Assembly: GCA_041653615.1 (NCBI GenBank) | Contig: JBAZEZ010000001.1 | Coordinates: 14,041-78,040 of the forward strand | Direction: 5' to 3' | DNA: 64,000 nt | DNA from: Candidatus Ratteibacteria bacterium | GTDB taxonomy: Bacteria > Ratteibacteria > UBA8468 > MWAK01 | Shown here: piece by piece, positions 1-7,588 of the stretch | How positions within the stretch are numbered: position 1 is the first letter of the stretch | How the letters are laid out: every line of letters begins with the position of its first letter | Program-made: the position numbers and the translations under genes | The notes under the pieces: generated by a model | Seen by the model: only the letters and a program-made list of their open reading frames with translations | Database searches by the model: none | What the model was told of the DNA's origin: nothing

Positions 1-360
1 CTTTACGGACCGGATGAGGCGCAAATAACGCTCTTGGCCTGGGGTTCTACTAAAGGTCCGGCCTTGGAAGCTTTGGGACGTTTGGCAAACGAAGGTATCA
101 CGGCCAACTTGGTTCACCTGACCTACCTATGGCCGCTACCCGTTGAAACACTTTCCGAATTGCTCAAAAATGCGCAACAAACGATAATGATTGAAGGCAA
201 TTATATCGGACAATTAGCGCAAATTATCCACCAGGCAACCGGTTTGAAAATTGACCATATTTTAACAAAATATGACGGACAACCCTTCTATCCGGCTGAA
301 ATTTGCGCAAAAATCAGGGAAATTCTTTCGGGAGTTGAGAAAGGGGTTGCGCAAGGATAA
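1..360 (+). CDS. 2-oxoacid:ferredoxin oxidoreductase alpha subunit, C-terminal fragment (5' end lies outside the window)
   Basis: Frame 1 is open from nt 1 with a stop at 358-360. The translation (...LVHLTYLWPLPVETLSELLKNAQQTIMIEGNYIGQLAQII...) matches the transketolase-C-like C-terminal domain of PorA/KorA alpha subunits. It is directly followed by the beta subunit. Confidence 0.7.
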   Translation, partial: LYGPDEAQITLLAWGSTKGPALEALGRLANEGITANLVHLTYLWPLPVETLSELLKNAQQTIMIEGNYIGQLAQIIHQATGLKIDHILTKYDGQPFYPAEICAKIREILSGVEKGVAQG

Positions 361-361
361 A

Positions 362-1222
362 ATGACCACTACACTGGAATTGAAAACGGAACATAATCCA
401 TCCTGGTGCCTGGGCTGCGGCAATTACGGAATTCTCAACGGTTTAAAAGCAGCCATCAGCCAGGCCGGGCTTGAACCACACCTCACGGTGCTTGTCTCCG
501 GCATCGGCTGTTCCGGAAAAGACCCTCATTTCGTTAAAACTTACGGGTTTGAAGGTATCCACGGCCGGGTTCTTCCGGTAGCCACCGCCATCCGGCTGGC
601 CAACCACCGCCTGAAAGTAATCGGCTGCTCCGGAGACGGCGACGCCTACGGAATTGGCGGCAACCATTTTTTGCATACGCTGCGCCGTAACGTTGAGATA
701 ACCTACCTGGTCCACGACAACCAGATTTACGGCTTGACCACCGGACAAACTTCGCCGACCAGCGTCAAGGGATTCGCCACCAAGTCTACGCCCTTCGGTG
801 TCATTGAAGAACCAATTAATCCCGTCAGTCTGGCGATTGCGGCCGGCGCTACTTTTGCGGCGCGCGTTTTTGTGGGTGAATTCAACCATTTCAAACAGGT
901 CCTGGTGCGAGCCCTGAAACACAAAGGTTTCGCCCTGGTTGATATCCTTCAACCCTGTGTCACTTTCAACTACCTGAACACCTATCAGTGGTTCAGCCGG
1001 CGCGTTTACAAGTTGGAAGATGAACCCGGCTACGAATCGCTGGACCGGATAAAAGCATTTACCCGGGCGCAGGAATGGGGAGAACGAATTCCAATCGGAG
1101 TTTTCTTCCAGGAAACCAAACCAACTTACGAGGACCAACTACCGCAGATAAAAGAAAAACCGCTTGCCGAACAGGATATCTCTTGCGTCAATATTAAAAA
1201 ACCGCTCGCCGAATTCATTTAA
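362..1222 (+). CDS. 2-oxoacid:ferredoxin oxidoreductase beta subunit (TPP-binding)
   Basis: ATG at 362 follows an AAGGA ribosome-binding site and overlaps the alpha-subunit stop (ATAAAATG). The translation carries the thiamine-diphosphate motif GCSGDGDAYGIGGNHFLH and begins MTTTLELKTEHNPSWCLGCGNYGIL. Confidence 0.85.
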   Translation: MTTTLELKTEHNPSWCLGCGNYGILNGLKAAISQAGLEPHLTVLVSGIGCSGKDPHFVKTYGFEGIHGRVLPVATAIRLANHRLKVIGCSGDGDAYGIGGNHFLHTLRRNVEITYLVHDNQIYGLTTGQTSPTSVKGFATKSTPFGVIEEPINPVSLAIAAGATFAARVFVGEFNHFKQVLVRALKHKGFALVDILQPCVTFNYLNTYQWFSRRVYKLEDEPGYESLDRIKAFTRAQEWGERIPIGVFFQETKPTYEDQLPQIKEKPLAEQDISCVNIKKPLAEFI

Positions 1223-1252
1223 TCCAGAAAATGTAATCGCCCGGTTGACCGC

Positions 1253-1723
1253 TTATTTTTTCCTAACCTTTAAAGAACCAATTTTACCCTGAAGGGTTCC
1301 CATCGGACAAATTACACACCAGGCCCTTTCCCGGGTAAATATACCCAGCGCAATAGCAATAAAGGTGGATAACAGGCACATCTGAATAAAAACAAACCCA
1401 ATTGTAAAAAAAGTTTTTTCCACGGTTACCAGCCGGAATATAAAAAACCCGATAAAAAACGCGAAAGCAACCCACCGGAACCACCCTTTCAAGAACAAGC
1501 GGGGAATCTTTCTTTTTAAACTTGCCTGGCTTAAAACAAGGTCCAGAAAAGAGCCGCGCGGACAAAAACGACTGCACCAGAGCCGTCCCTTAAAATAGGA
1601 AAGAACCAGGAAAAACAACATCATCACGAATACCGCGTAACCCACCGGGGGGTACAATAAACCGCCGAAAATTATCAGGGGCAGAAACCAAACCATGATT
1701 TTTTGGACGCTCTTTTTTTCCAT
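1253..1723 (-). CDS. polytopic membrane protein with two CxxCP(x)G motifs (NapH/MauN-type 4Fe-4S-binding membrane protein)
   Basis: Start taken at the internal Met (MEKKSVQKIMVWFLPL...) so the gene abuts the upstream VIT gene. Several hydrophobic helices, with WCSRFCPRG and WCVICPMG motifs. Confidence 0.5.
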   Translation of the reverse strand: MEKKSVQKIMVWFLPLIIFGGLLYPPVGYAVFVMMLFFLVLSYFKGRLWCSRFCPRGSFLDLVLSQASLKRKIPRLFLKGWFRWVAFAFFIGFFIFRLVTVEKTFFTIGFVFIQMCLLSTFIAIALGIFTRERAWCVICPMGTLQGKIGSLKVRKK

Positions 1724-1725
1724 TG

Positions 1726-2484
1726 TTATTTGAAAAATCCGTAGGCAATCCGTCCCAGGAGAAAACCGGCGCCGCAAGATAAAACGCCGAACAATAAAGT
1801 CTCCAGACCGCTAAGTAACCAGTGAATTCTGGTGATCCTGGCCTTGGTGGCACCCAGTAAAAAAAGGAAAAACAGAACCGAAACCACCGAAACAATAATC
1901 GCCCGGGCAAACGTATCAAAGAGAAAAAAAGGCAGAATCACGGGCAGGGCACCTACCAGAAAAGAACCGGCGGAGATTAACCCTATTTCATAGGGATTAT
2001 CAATCATTCCCGGGCTGATGCCAATCTCCTCTTGAACCATAAACGCAAGCCATCTTTCCTTATCGGCGGTAATACGTTTTACCGCAATCTGCTGTTCGTC
2101 TTCCGTAAATCCCATTTCGCGGAAAATATCTTCAATTTCTTTTGTCTCCTTTTCCGGCATTTCTTCAATCTCTCTCTTTTCCCGGTTAATTTGACCTTCA
2201 AAAAAATGTTTCTGCGCTCTGGTGGAAATATAAGAGCCAAAAAAAATCGCCAGCGTTCCGGATGCAATCTGGATTAAGCTGGCGAAAATAACCCTCTCCC
2301 TGGAAACCAGGGAAATTGAAATTCCGGCGATAAAGGAAACGGTGGTAACCAGGCCGGTATCAATCGCGTAAACAATATCCCTGATTATCCGACCTTTGGC
2401 TGTATGCCACTCCTCACCGTGCCAAGCGTTGAGACGGTATTCTAAAGGACTCCTGGGTAAAAATGTCAATGACCCTCTCCTCAC
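1726..2484 (-). CDS. VIT1/CCC1-family iron/manganese transporter
   Basis: Cytoplasmic N-terminus with a His/Glu-rich stretch and a glutamate-rich loop (EKETKEIEDIFREMGFTEDEQ). Five hydrophobic helices with the DTGLVTTVSFIAGI and GALPVILPFF signatures typical of VIT/DUF125 proteins. Lies 2 nt downstream of the ferritin gene. Confidence 0.7.
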   Translation of the reverse strand: MRRGSLTFLPRSPLEYRLNAWHGEEWHTAKGRIIRDIVYAIDTGLVTTVSFIAGISISLVSRERVIFASLIQIASGTLAIFFGSYISTRAQKHFFEGQINREKREIEEMPEKETKEIEDIFREMGFTEDEQQIAVKRITADKERWLAFMVQEEIGISPGMIDNPYEIGLISAGSFLVGALPVILPFFLFDTFARAIIVSVVSVLFFLFLLGATKARITRIHWLLSGLETLLFGVLSCGAGFLLGRIAYGFFK

Positions 2485-2486
2485 TC

Positions 2487-2975
2487 TTACCCTTTTCTTT
2501 TGGCTAATTTCCGATTCATGGCGGCGGCAACTCCGGACCCGGATTTCCCCGCTTTCAATCCGGCAACAATCCGGAAAACGTTCTCTTCTTCTTCAACCTG
2601 CTCCTTAACAAACCACCGGAGAAAAGTGGAAGCGTCCTTATCGCCGACTTCCTTGGAAATACCGCAGAGCCGCTTAATCAAACCGGTTACTTTCTGTTCG
2701 TGCCCGTAAACCTGTTCAAACAGGCTCAGGGCTGAAACAAACTTTACCGGCGGCCGGGTAATCGCTTTCAAAATAACCTTTTCTCCCCGGCTGACCAGAA
2801 AATTATATATCTTTACCCCATGCGCCCACTCTTCCTGAAACTGAACCTTCAGCCAATGCGCAAATCCCGTGAGCGGAATCGAATCGCAGTAAGCAGCCAT
2901 GGACAAGTAGAGATACGCCGAATAGAACTCTTTGTTTATTTGATCGTTCAGTGCGTCTCTTAATTTTTTGTTCAT
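2487..2975 (-). CDS. ftn: non-haem ferritin (Ftn)
   Basis: 162 aa. The four-helix ferritin-like di-iron signature is present (EFYSAYLYLSMAAY...QEEWAHG...EQVYGHEQK). Its start codon overlaps the stop of the upstream FMN reductase gene by 1 nt. Confidence 0.85.
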   Translation of the reverse strand: MNKKLRDALNDQINKEFYSAYLYLSMAAYCDSIPLTGFAHWLKVQFQEEWAHGVKIYNFLVSRGEKVILKAITRPPVKFVSALSLFEQVYGHEQKVTGLIKRLCGISKEVGDKDASTFLRWFVKEQVEEEENVFRIVAGLKAGKSGSGVAAAMNRKLAKRKG

Positions 2976-3574
2976 CAGCCTTCTCCTTTCTGCGCCTGGC
3001 CCTGCTTGACAGAAGAAGCAACCTTGGCACCCAACTCAAAAACTTTTTCCAGGCAATCAAGGCGTTCCAGCACCTTCCCTTTTTCATCAATACCCCGACA
3101 CAAAATTTCTTCCCGATAGCCGACATCGATAACCGCAAAAAAGTTCTTGACAACGGAACGGGCATTTATAAAAAAATCTTCGCGATTAGAGGCCTCCACG
3201 GAAATAAACGCGCCTACCTTTTCTTTTTTAGCCGTGTTCTTTTTCAAAATGAACTTGGCCCGCCAAAGGCATTGAAAACGGTCAATCATTATCTTGGTCT
3301 GGGCGGTAATGCTACCGAAAAAGACCGGAGAAGCCACAATAACGGCGTCCGCCTCCAGGATTTTCCGGTACAAACCCTGCATATCATCCTCAATTATACA
3401 GGAACCGTCATCCTTGAGGTTTTCACATTCCTGACAGGGAGCGATTTTCAGGGTGTTCAGTATTATTTTCTCGGTCTCCGCGCCGATACTCCGGGCGCCT
3501 TCCAGCGCCTTATCAAGCAAAACATCCGCGTTTCCGCCTATCCTGGGGCTTCCATTTATTCCGATTATTTTCAT
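2975..3574 (-). CDS. NAD(P)H-dependent FMN reductase / iron-sulfur-flavoprotein-like flavodoxin-fold protein
   Basis: MKIIGINGSPRIGGNADVLL... is the flavodoxin-like NADPH-FMN-reductase N-terminus. A CQECx8C cysteine cluster resembles Isf proteins. Confidence 0.75.
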   Translation of the reverse strand: MKIIGINGSPRIGGNADVLLDKALEGARSIGAETEKIILNTLKIAPCQECENLKDDGSCIIEDDMQGLYRKILEADAVIVASPVFFGSITAQTKIMIDRFQCLWRAKFILKKNTAKKEKVGAFISVEASNREDFFINARSVVKNFFAVIDVGYREEILCRGIDEKGKVLERLDCLEKVFELGAKVASSVKQGQAQKGEG

Positions 3575-3577
3575 TTG

Positions 3578-3772
3578 CTATTGTCCGTGCCTCGTAAGAT
3601 AAATAATTATTCCGGCATGCATGGTTGCCAGGATAACGGTCGATAAAGCCAACAATTTGTGATGCTTGAGTTTAAGTTTAAGCTTGGCCCGGAATAAACC
3701 GCTTGAAATGGTTGCCAGAAGTAGGATATAAGTTAAAATACCTAAAGGTATGACGAACCGGCTCAAATCCAT
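3578..3772 (-). CDS. small two-helix membrane protein (hypothetical)
   Basis: 64 aa with two hydrophobic segments. Lies 3 nt upstream of the FMN reductase gene in the same operon. No recognisable family. Confidence 0.4.
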   Translation of the reverse strand: MDLSRFVIPLGILTYILLLATISSGLFRAKLKLKLKHHKLLALSTVILATMHAGIIIYLTRHGQ

Positions 3773-3892
3773 ATTTTTGTTTTACTTAAAAAAAGTAAAT
3801 GTCTTAGGCCCGCAAAATATCGAAGACAAGTATATCACTTTTCCCGGTGCCGGTCAATCTGACAACACACCGGCTTCATCCCGGAAGTGGTG

Positions 3893-4795
3893 TCAATGAG
3901 TATTGAATGGCGAATAGCAATTAACGCCAAGGCCGGAAAAATCAAGCCATAAAATTCGTTTCTCCTTACGGAACCAGGTCATCTGACGCTTGGCGTAATT
4001 CCTGGTTTTCTGCTTAATGATTTCTTTGGCTTTCGGCAGGGATATTTCTCCGGAAAAATACGCGGCTGTTTCCCGATAGCCAATCGCCTCGAAAGCCGGC
4101 AGAGCAAAATCATATTGCTCACGAAGCGCTTTTACTTCCGGCAAAAATCCGGCCGCAAAAATCTCTTCAACTCGCCGGTTAATCCGGCGATAAAGTTCCA
4201 TCCGGCTCCGGTAAACACCAAAAAGACGGAAAGGATAGGCAAACCGCGTGTTTTGTCTGCGCAAAACCGAAATAGGTTTGCCGGTTGCCAGGTAAACTTC
4301 CAGCGCCCGGCCCAAACGATAGGCATCGTTTGGATGAATCCGGGCAACGGCTTCCGGGTCCACCCGCTTCAACCGAGAAAGAAGTTCTGCCGGAGCGACA
4401 CCGGATAATTCTTTTCTTGCTTCCAGAACCGCTGCTTGTTCCGGACCTCCAAAAAATCCGTCCAGAACCGCCCTCAGATAAAGACCGCTTCCACCCACTA
4501 AAATGGGAATCTTCTTGCGTCCGATAACCTCCGGAATTAACAGACGAACCTTTTCCGCGTACCAGTGCGCGTTCGCATTTTCCTCCGGCGAGAGACAATC
4601 GATAAGATGGTGGGAAACTCCCTTTCTTTCGGAAATGGTTGGTTTGGCGGTCCCCAAGTCAAGACCGCGGTAAAACTGAAAAGCATCGGCGGAGATTATC
4701 TCTCCGCCTATCTTTTCGGCCAAAATCAAGCCTGCTTCACTCTTACCGACACCGGTAGGCCCGCAGATAACCAGAACTAATCCGGATTTATTCAT
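3893..4795 (-). CDS. miaA: tRNA dimethylallyltransferase
   Basis: N-terminal P-loop LVLVICGPTGVGKS and the full-length MiaA pattern (ISADAFQFYRGLDLGTAKPT). Confidence 0.9.
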   Translation of the reverse strand: MNKSGLVLVICGPTGVGKSEAGLILAEKIGGEIISADAFQFYRGLDLGTAKPTISERKGVSHHLIDCLSPEENANAHWYAEKVRLLIPEVIGRKKIPILVGGSGLYLRAVLDGFFGGPEQAAVLEARKELSGVAPAELLSRLKRVDPEAVARIHPNDAYRLGRALEVYLATGKPISVLRRQNTRFAYPFRLFGVYRSRMELYRRINRRVEEIFAAGFLPEVKALREQYDFALPAFEAIGYRETAAYFSGEISLPKAKEIIKQKTRNYAKRQMTWFRKEKRILWLDFSGLGVNCYSPFNTH

Positions 4796-4864
4796 ATGAC
4801 TGCGCTGCCTTGCTCGCCTATACGGCGCGAAGCCGCTGGCTCTACTTTTGAGCCCAAACCGGCA

Positions 4865-5782
4865 TCATCCGTTCTCTGCTTTCAAGAGTTCTTTCCCGTA
4901 TTCAATTCCGGCGATAACCGCAGAATCATCACTGCGCAGAGTCCTTCCTTTACCGCTTTCCGGACTGAAAAAAATTCTTTCCCGGTAAAGTTTCAAAAAA
5001 CGTTTCTTGAAATCTTCAAAACTGGAACCGTAAATATGATAAGAATCGGTAATGTCAACGTAGGACCCGACCGATACCGGACGCTTTAATCTGTCCTGAA
5101 TTTGAGCCGCCAGGACTTTCTGGAGTTCGGTTAATCCGTAAATATTCATATAAGCGGCCCGGTAGGCATCCCGGCTGCGCCAGTGGGTATGCATCTGAAG
5201 GTTATACCCGTCTTCTTCTCGTCCGGACCCAGGCTTCGCCGAGGCGAGCGAAGTCTGGCCGACCGGAAAAAGCCGGCACCAAACCCGCTGCAGACAAGGT
5301 GGGTCGTCTGTTTCCGGATCAGATAAAGGCATCCAGGTAATACCCTGAGCGCGACGGCTGTACGGCCGTTCCGATAATTTCCGGACAATATAATCCAACT
5401 GATTGACGCTTTTAAAAGGAAGTTTCTTCGGGTCACGGCGGGAAAGGTCATCGGTAACCAGATAATCGGTCAAACGCCGGTGGTAAGTATAAGTCCACTT
5501 TCCTTCTTCCGGAGCAATCCAATGGTCGTGAACACCGTCAACCACTTCCTGGCGATATTTTTCCAAATCTTCGATCCCGCCGCAGAAACCAAGGTGTATC
5601 CTGGGTTCGGCGAACGGTTGACGGACTACCATTACCATCGCCGCGTCTTTGGCCGGCGGGTCGGTTGGTTTGTCATATTCGGTCTTAATCTGTGTCCCCT
5701 TTTCCCACAACAGAACCAAACTCTTCTCCCAAACTTCGGCAATTCCATCACCTTCTACCGAAAAAACCGGAGCTCCCCCCAT
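4865..5782 (-). CDS. thymidylate synthase (ThyA) superfamily enzyme, divergent (ThyA-like, or a pyrimidine hydroxymethylase)
   Basis: Matches the ThyA core: QLDYIVRKLSERPYSRRAQGITWMP; the active-site region DPPCLQRVWCRL (ThyA has APCHAFFQFYV); HWRSRDAYRAAYMNIYGL (ThyA has QRSCDVFLGLPFNIASY); and DSYHIYG (ThyA has DTHLY). Carries an N-terminal extension of about 60 aa. Confidence 0.6.
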   Translation of the reverse strand: MGGAPVFSVEGDGIAEVWEKSLVLLWEKGTQIKTEYDKPTDPPAKDAAMVMVVRQPFAEPRIHLGFCGGIEDLEKYRQEVVDGVHDHWIAPEEGKWTYTYHRRLTDYLVTDDLSRRDPKKLPFKSVNQLDYIVRKLSERPYSRRAQGITWMPLSDPETDDPPCLQRVWCRLFPVGQTSLASAKPGSGREEDGYNLQMHTHWRSRDAYRAAYMNIYGLTELQKVLAAQIQDRLKRPVSVGSYVDITDSYHIYGSSFEDFKKRFLKLYRERIFFSPESGKGRTLRSDDSAVIAGIEYGKELLKAENG

Positions 5783-5787
5783 GTCTT

Positions 5788-5802
5788 CACCTCATCATTA
5801 TA
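5788..5802 (-). promoter_or_regulatory. candidate -10 (TATAAT) plus GAGGTG ribosome-binding site directly upstream of the ThyA-like gene
   Basis: Minus-strand sense reads gataaaggTATAATgatGAGGTGaagacATG. No convincing -35. Confidence 0.35.
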
Positions 5803-5932
5803 CCTTTATCGAACGATACGGGTACCCGCATTGAAACACAGCTTGCACGGTAATTTTATTGTTTATAATACCACAAAATACTTGCCGCAAGGAAGGCACT
5901 AATATTTAAAATATGGTACAATATTTCGGTTA

Positions 5933-5972
5933 ATTACCGTCACCATTCACTGTTTACCGTTCACAATTCACT
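5933..5972. repeat. two direct ~19-bp repeats (TTACCGTCACCATTCACTG and TTACCGTTCACAATTCACT), 21 bp apart centre to centre
   Basis: Read directly from the sequence. They sit in the 410-bp non-coding stretch between the ThyA-like gene and tRNA-Pro. Confidence 0.5.
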
Positions 5973-5975
5973 ATT

Positions 5976-5995
5976 TTTCGGAGCGTAGCTCAGCC
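5976..5995 (+). other. 20-nt partial duplicate of the tRNA-Pro 5' end plus 3 nt of its upstream flank
   Basis: tttcggAgcgtagctcagcc matches tttcggGgcgtagctcagcc at 6191-6210 in 19 of 20 positions. The sequence then diverges and no cloverleaf can be drawn. Confidence 0.6.
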
Positions 5996-6193
5996 CGCCT
6001 GCTCCAGAGGCGAGGCTGAAGGGATGAAGAGAAGGGGCGAAGCCCTTTCTCGTTTTAGTTCTGGGGGTGGAAGATTAGGGAGGGGAATCACCCTTCCCTA
6101 AAAGCGGAGCCCCGAAATCCCGAAGATACAAATTTACCCCTGTCATATTAAAGTTGGATAATGGAATATAGATAAAATAGCGGGAGTTTATTT

Positions 6194-6268
6194 CGGGGCG
6201 TAGCTCAGCCTGGTTAGAGCGCTTGGTTTGGGACCAAGAGGTCGCTGGTTCGAATCCAGTCGCCCCGA
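6194..6268 (+). tRNA. tRNA-Pro (anticodon TGG)
   Basis: Cloverleaf drawn by hand. Acceptor stem CGGGGCG/CGCCCCG (C1:G72, typical of bacterial tRNA-Pro), U8-A9, D stem GCTC/GAGC with a 10-nt loop. Anticodon stem CTTGG/CCAAG with loop TTTGGGA (anticodon TGG, G37). T arm GCTGG-TTCGAAT-CCAGT. Discriminator A. CCA is not encoded. Confidence 0.9.
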
Positions 6269-6272
6269 CTTC

Positions 6273-6288
6273 GCCCGCTGAAGCGGGC
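6273..6288 (+). terminator. GC hairpin (GCCCGC-TGAA-GCGGGC) directly 3' of tRNA-Pro, followed by two more hairpins up to ~6355
   Basis: Perfect 6-bp stem with a 4-nt loop. Further stems follow (GTCGGG-AAAA-GCCCGAC at 6339-6355). A T-tract occurs only later (gagtttttt at ~6373). Confidence 0.35.
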
Positions 6289-6400
6289 TTCGCGAACCGC
6301 ACGGGCTTCCGCCTTCACCAAGGTTTCGGCGGACGAAGTCGTCGGGAAAAGCCCGACGTAATCACAAAGGTGAGTTTTTTCAAGCACGACCGTTTTGAAT

Positions 6401-6994
6401 ATGGAAAAAAAAGAAGCGGTACTGGTTTCCAGGGCCAAAGGCGGAGACCGGGAAGCTTTCGAAATACTGCTCAAAAAATACGAGGCCCGGACTTATAGTT
6501 CGGCCTACCGGATTCTGGGAAACCGTTCCGACGCAGCCGACGTTCTTCAGGAAGCTTCCCTAAGTGCTTTCCAGGCTCTGCCGAAATTTTCCGGCCGTTC
6601 CAGTTTCGGCACCTGGTTCTACCGGATTGCCATCAACCTCTGCCTTCTGAAACTGCGCAAGCAGAAAAAAGCGCCGGTTTCACTGGAGGCGATGACAACC
6701 ATCCGGAAAGATAACGGTAAAGAGCAATCATTCGAAATTACTGACTGGTCCCACAACCCGGCGGCTTCTCTGGCCAATACCGAACTAAAGGAACTCCTGG
6801 AAAAAAATATTGCGGGACTACCGGATATTTACCGGACACCATTCGTTCTTTACGAAATTGAAGACCTACCGGTCAAAGAGGTCGCCCGGATACTGAAAAT
6901 CAGCGAATCAGCGGTCAAAACGCGGCTCCACCGCAGCCGTTCACTGCTCCGGGAGAAACTATCACATTACTTTAAACATCTAAAGAGATATTGA
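6401..6994 (+). CDS. RNA polymerase ECF (sigma-70 family, group 4) sigma factor
   Basis: Sigma region 2 (GDREAFEILLKKYEARTYSSAYRILGNRSDAADVLQEASLSAFQAL...FGTWFYRIAINLC) and region 4 (LPDIYRTPFVLYEIEDLPVKEVARILKISESAVKTRLHRSR). ATG at 6401 is preferred over the TTG at 6395. Confidence 0.85.
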   Translation: MEKKEAVLVSRAKGGDREAFEILLKKYEARTYSSAYRILGNRSDAADVLQEASLSAFQALPKFSGRSSFGTWFYRIAINLCLLKLRKQKKAPVSLEAMTTIRKDNGKEQSFEITDWSHNPAASLANTELKELLEKNIAGLPDIYRTPFVLYEIEDLPVKEVARILKISESAVKTRLHRSRSLLREKLSHYFKHLKRY

Positions 6995-7009
6995 GCGCAA
7001 CCCCTAAAC

Positions 7010-7330
7010 ATGGTTATCATATGCCGTCGTTATCGAATTTCGTTATCCGCCTACTTGGAAAACGAGCTTGACGCAAACCGGAACCGGCTTCTGGAAGAAC
7101 ACCTGGTTAACTGCCCGGAGTGTATCGCCGTTTTGGAAACTTTTCGAAAAACGATTGCGCTTTGCCGAGACCTTCCGCTACTCCCGGTACCGGACGAATT
7201 ACATTCCCGCATCATGCAGCTGCTGGAAGAAGAATTTCAACCCCAGCCCCCTACTCTTCATCTAATAATAAGAAAAAGAAAAACAACCAGAAAAAACAAG
7301 GGAGCTAAAAGTAAAAAAAAACAAGGGTGA
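7010..7330 (+). CDS. zinc-finger (ZAS-type) anti-sigma factor
   Basis: Lies 15 nt downstream of the ECF sigma gene. ...LSAYLENELDANRNRLLEEHLVNCPECIAVLETF... contains the H-x3-C-x2-C motif. Basic low-complexity C-terminal tail. Confidence 0.6.
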   Translation: MVIICRRYRISLSAYLENELDANRNRLLEEHLVNCPECIAVLETFRKTIALCRDLPLLPVPDELHSRIMQLLEEEFQPQPPTLHLIIRKRKTTRKNKGAKSKKKQG

Positions 7331-7340
7331 AATTAAAAAC

Positions 7341-7571
7341 ATGCCGATATACTGCTACCGCTGTGAAAGTTGCGGGTTTGGTTTCGAGAAACTGGTAACA
7401 GCATCCGAAAAAGAGCCGGAGACCTGTTCTAAATGCCGCGGTAAAACAAGGAAGGAATTTACGCCTTTTTCCATCGGCCGGGGCAGTTCATCTCCCGCGT
7501 CCGGAGGATCTTCTTCCTGCGCCGGCTGTCGCTCCGGTTCCTGCGCTTCCTGCAACTCCTGCCAGCACTAA
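7341..7571 (+). CDS. FmdB-family zinc-ribbon protein with a Ser/Gly/Cys-rich tail
   Basis: MPIYCYRCESCGFGFEK...CSKCRG gives two CxxC pairs. C-terminal tail is SSCAGCRSGSCASCNSCQH. Confidence 0.65.
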   Translation: MPIYCYRCESCGFGFEKLVTASEKEPETCSKCRGKTRKEFTPFSIGRGSSSPASGGSSSCAGCRSGSCASCNSCQH

Positions 7572-7588
7572 TGTAATTGAAAAAAATA

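Noticed and set aside
443-1138. 231-aa minus-strand ORF, and a nested 65-aa ORF, opposite the PFOR beta-subunit gene
   Set aside because: Antisense shadow of a confidently assigned gene. Arg/Gly/Val-rich composition typical of GC-rich reverse frames, with no ribosome-binding site and no domain signature.
1284-1919. Alternative-frame ORFs (97 aa and 109 aa) inside the membrane Fe-S protein and VIT1 genes
   Set aside because: Same-strand frame shadows. The chosen frames give coherent transmembrane helices and family motifs, and these do not.
6075-6474. ORFs 6075..6302(-), 6214..6474(-) and 6223..6498(+) overlapping tRNA-Pro and its hairpins
   Set aside because: They run through a tRNA gene and GC-hairpin repeats. 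Their amino-acid content is low-complexity. They look like non-coding structural DNA.
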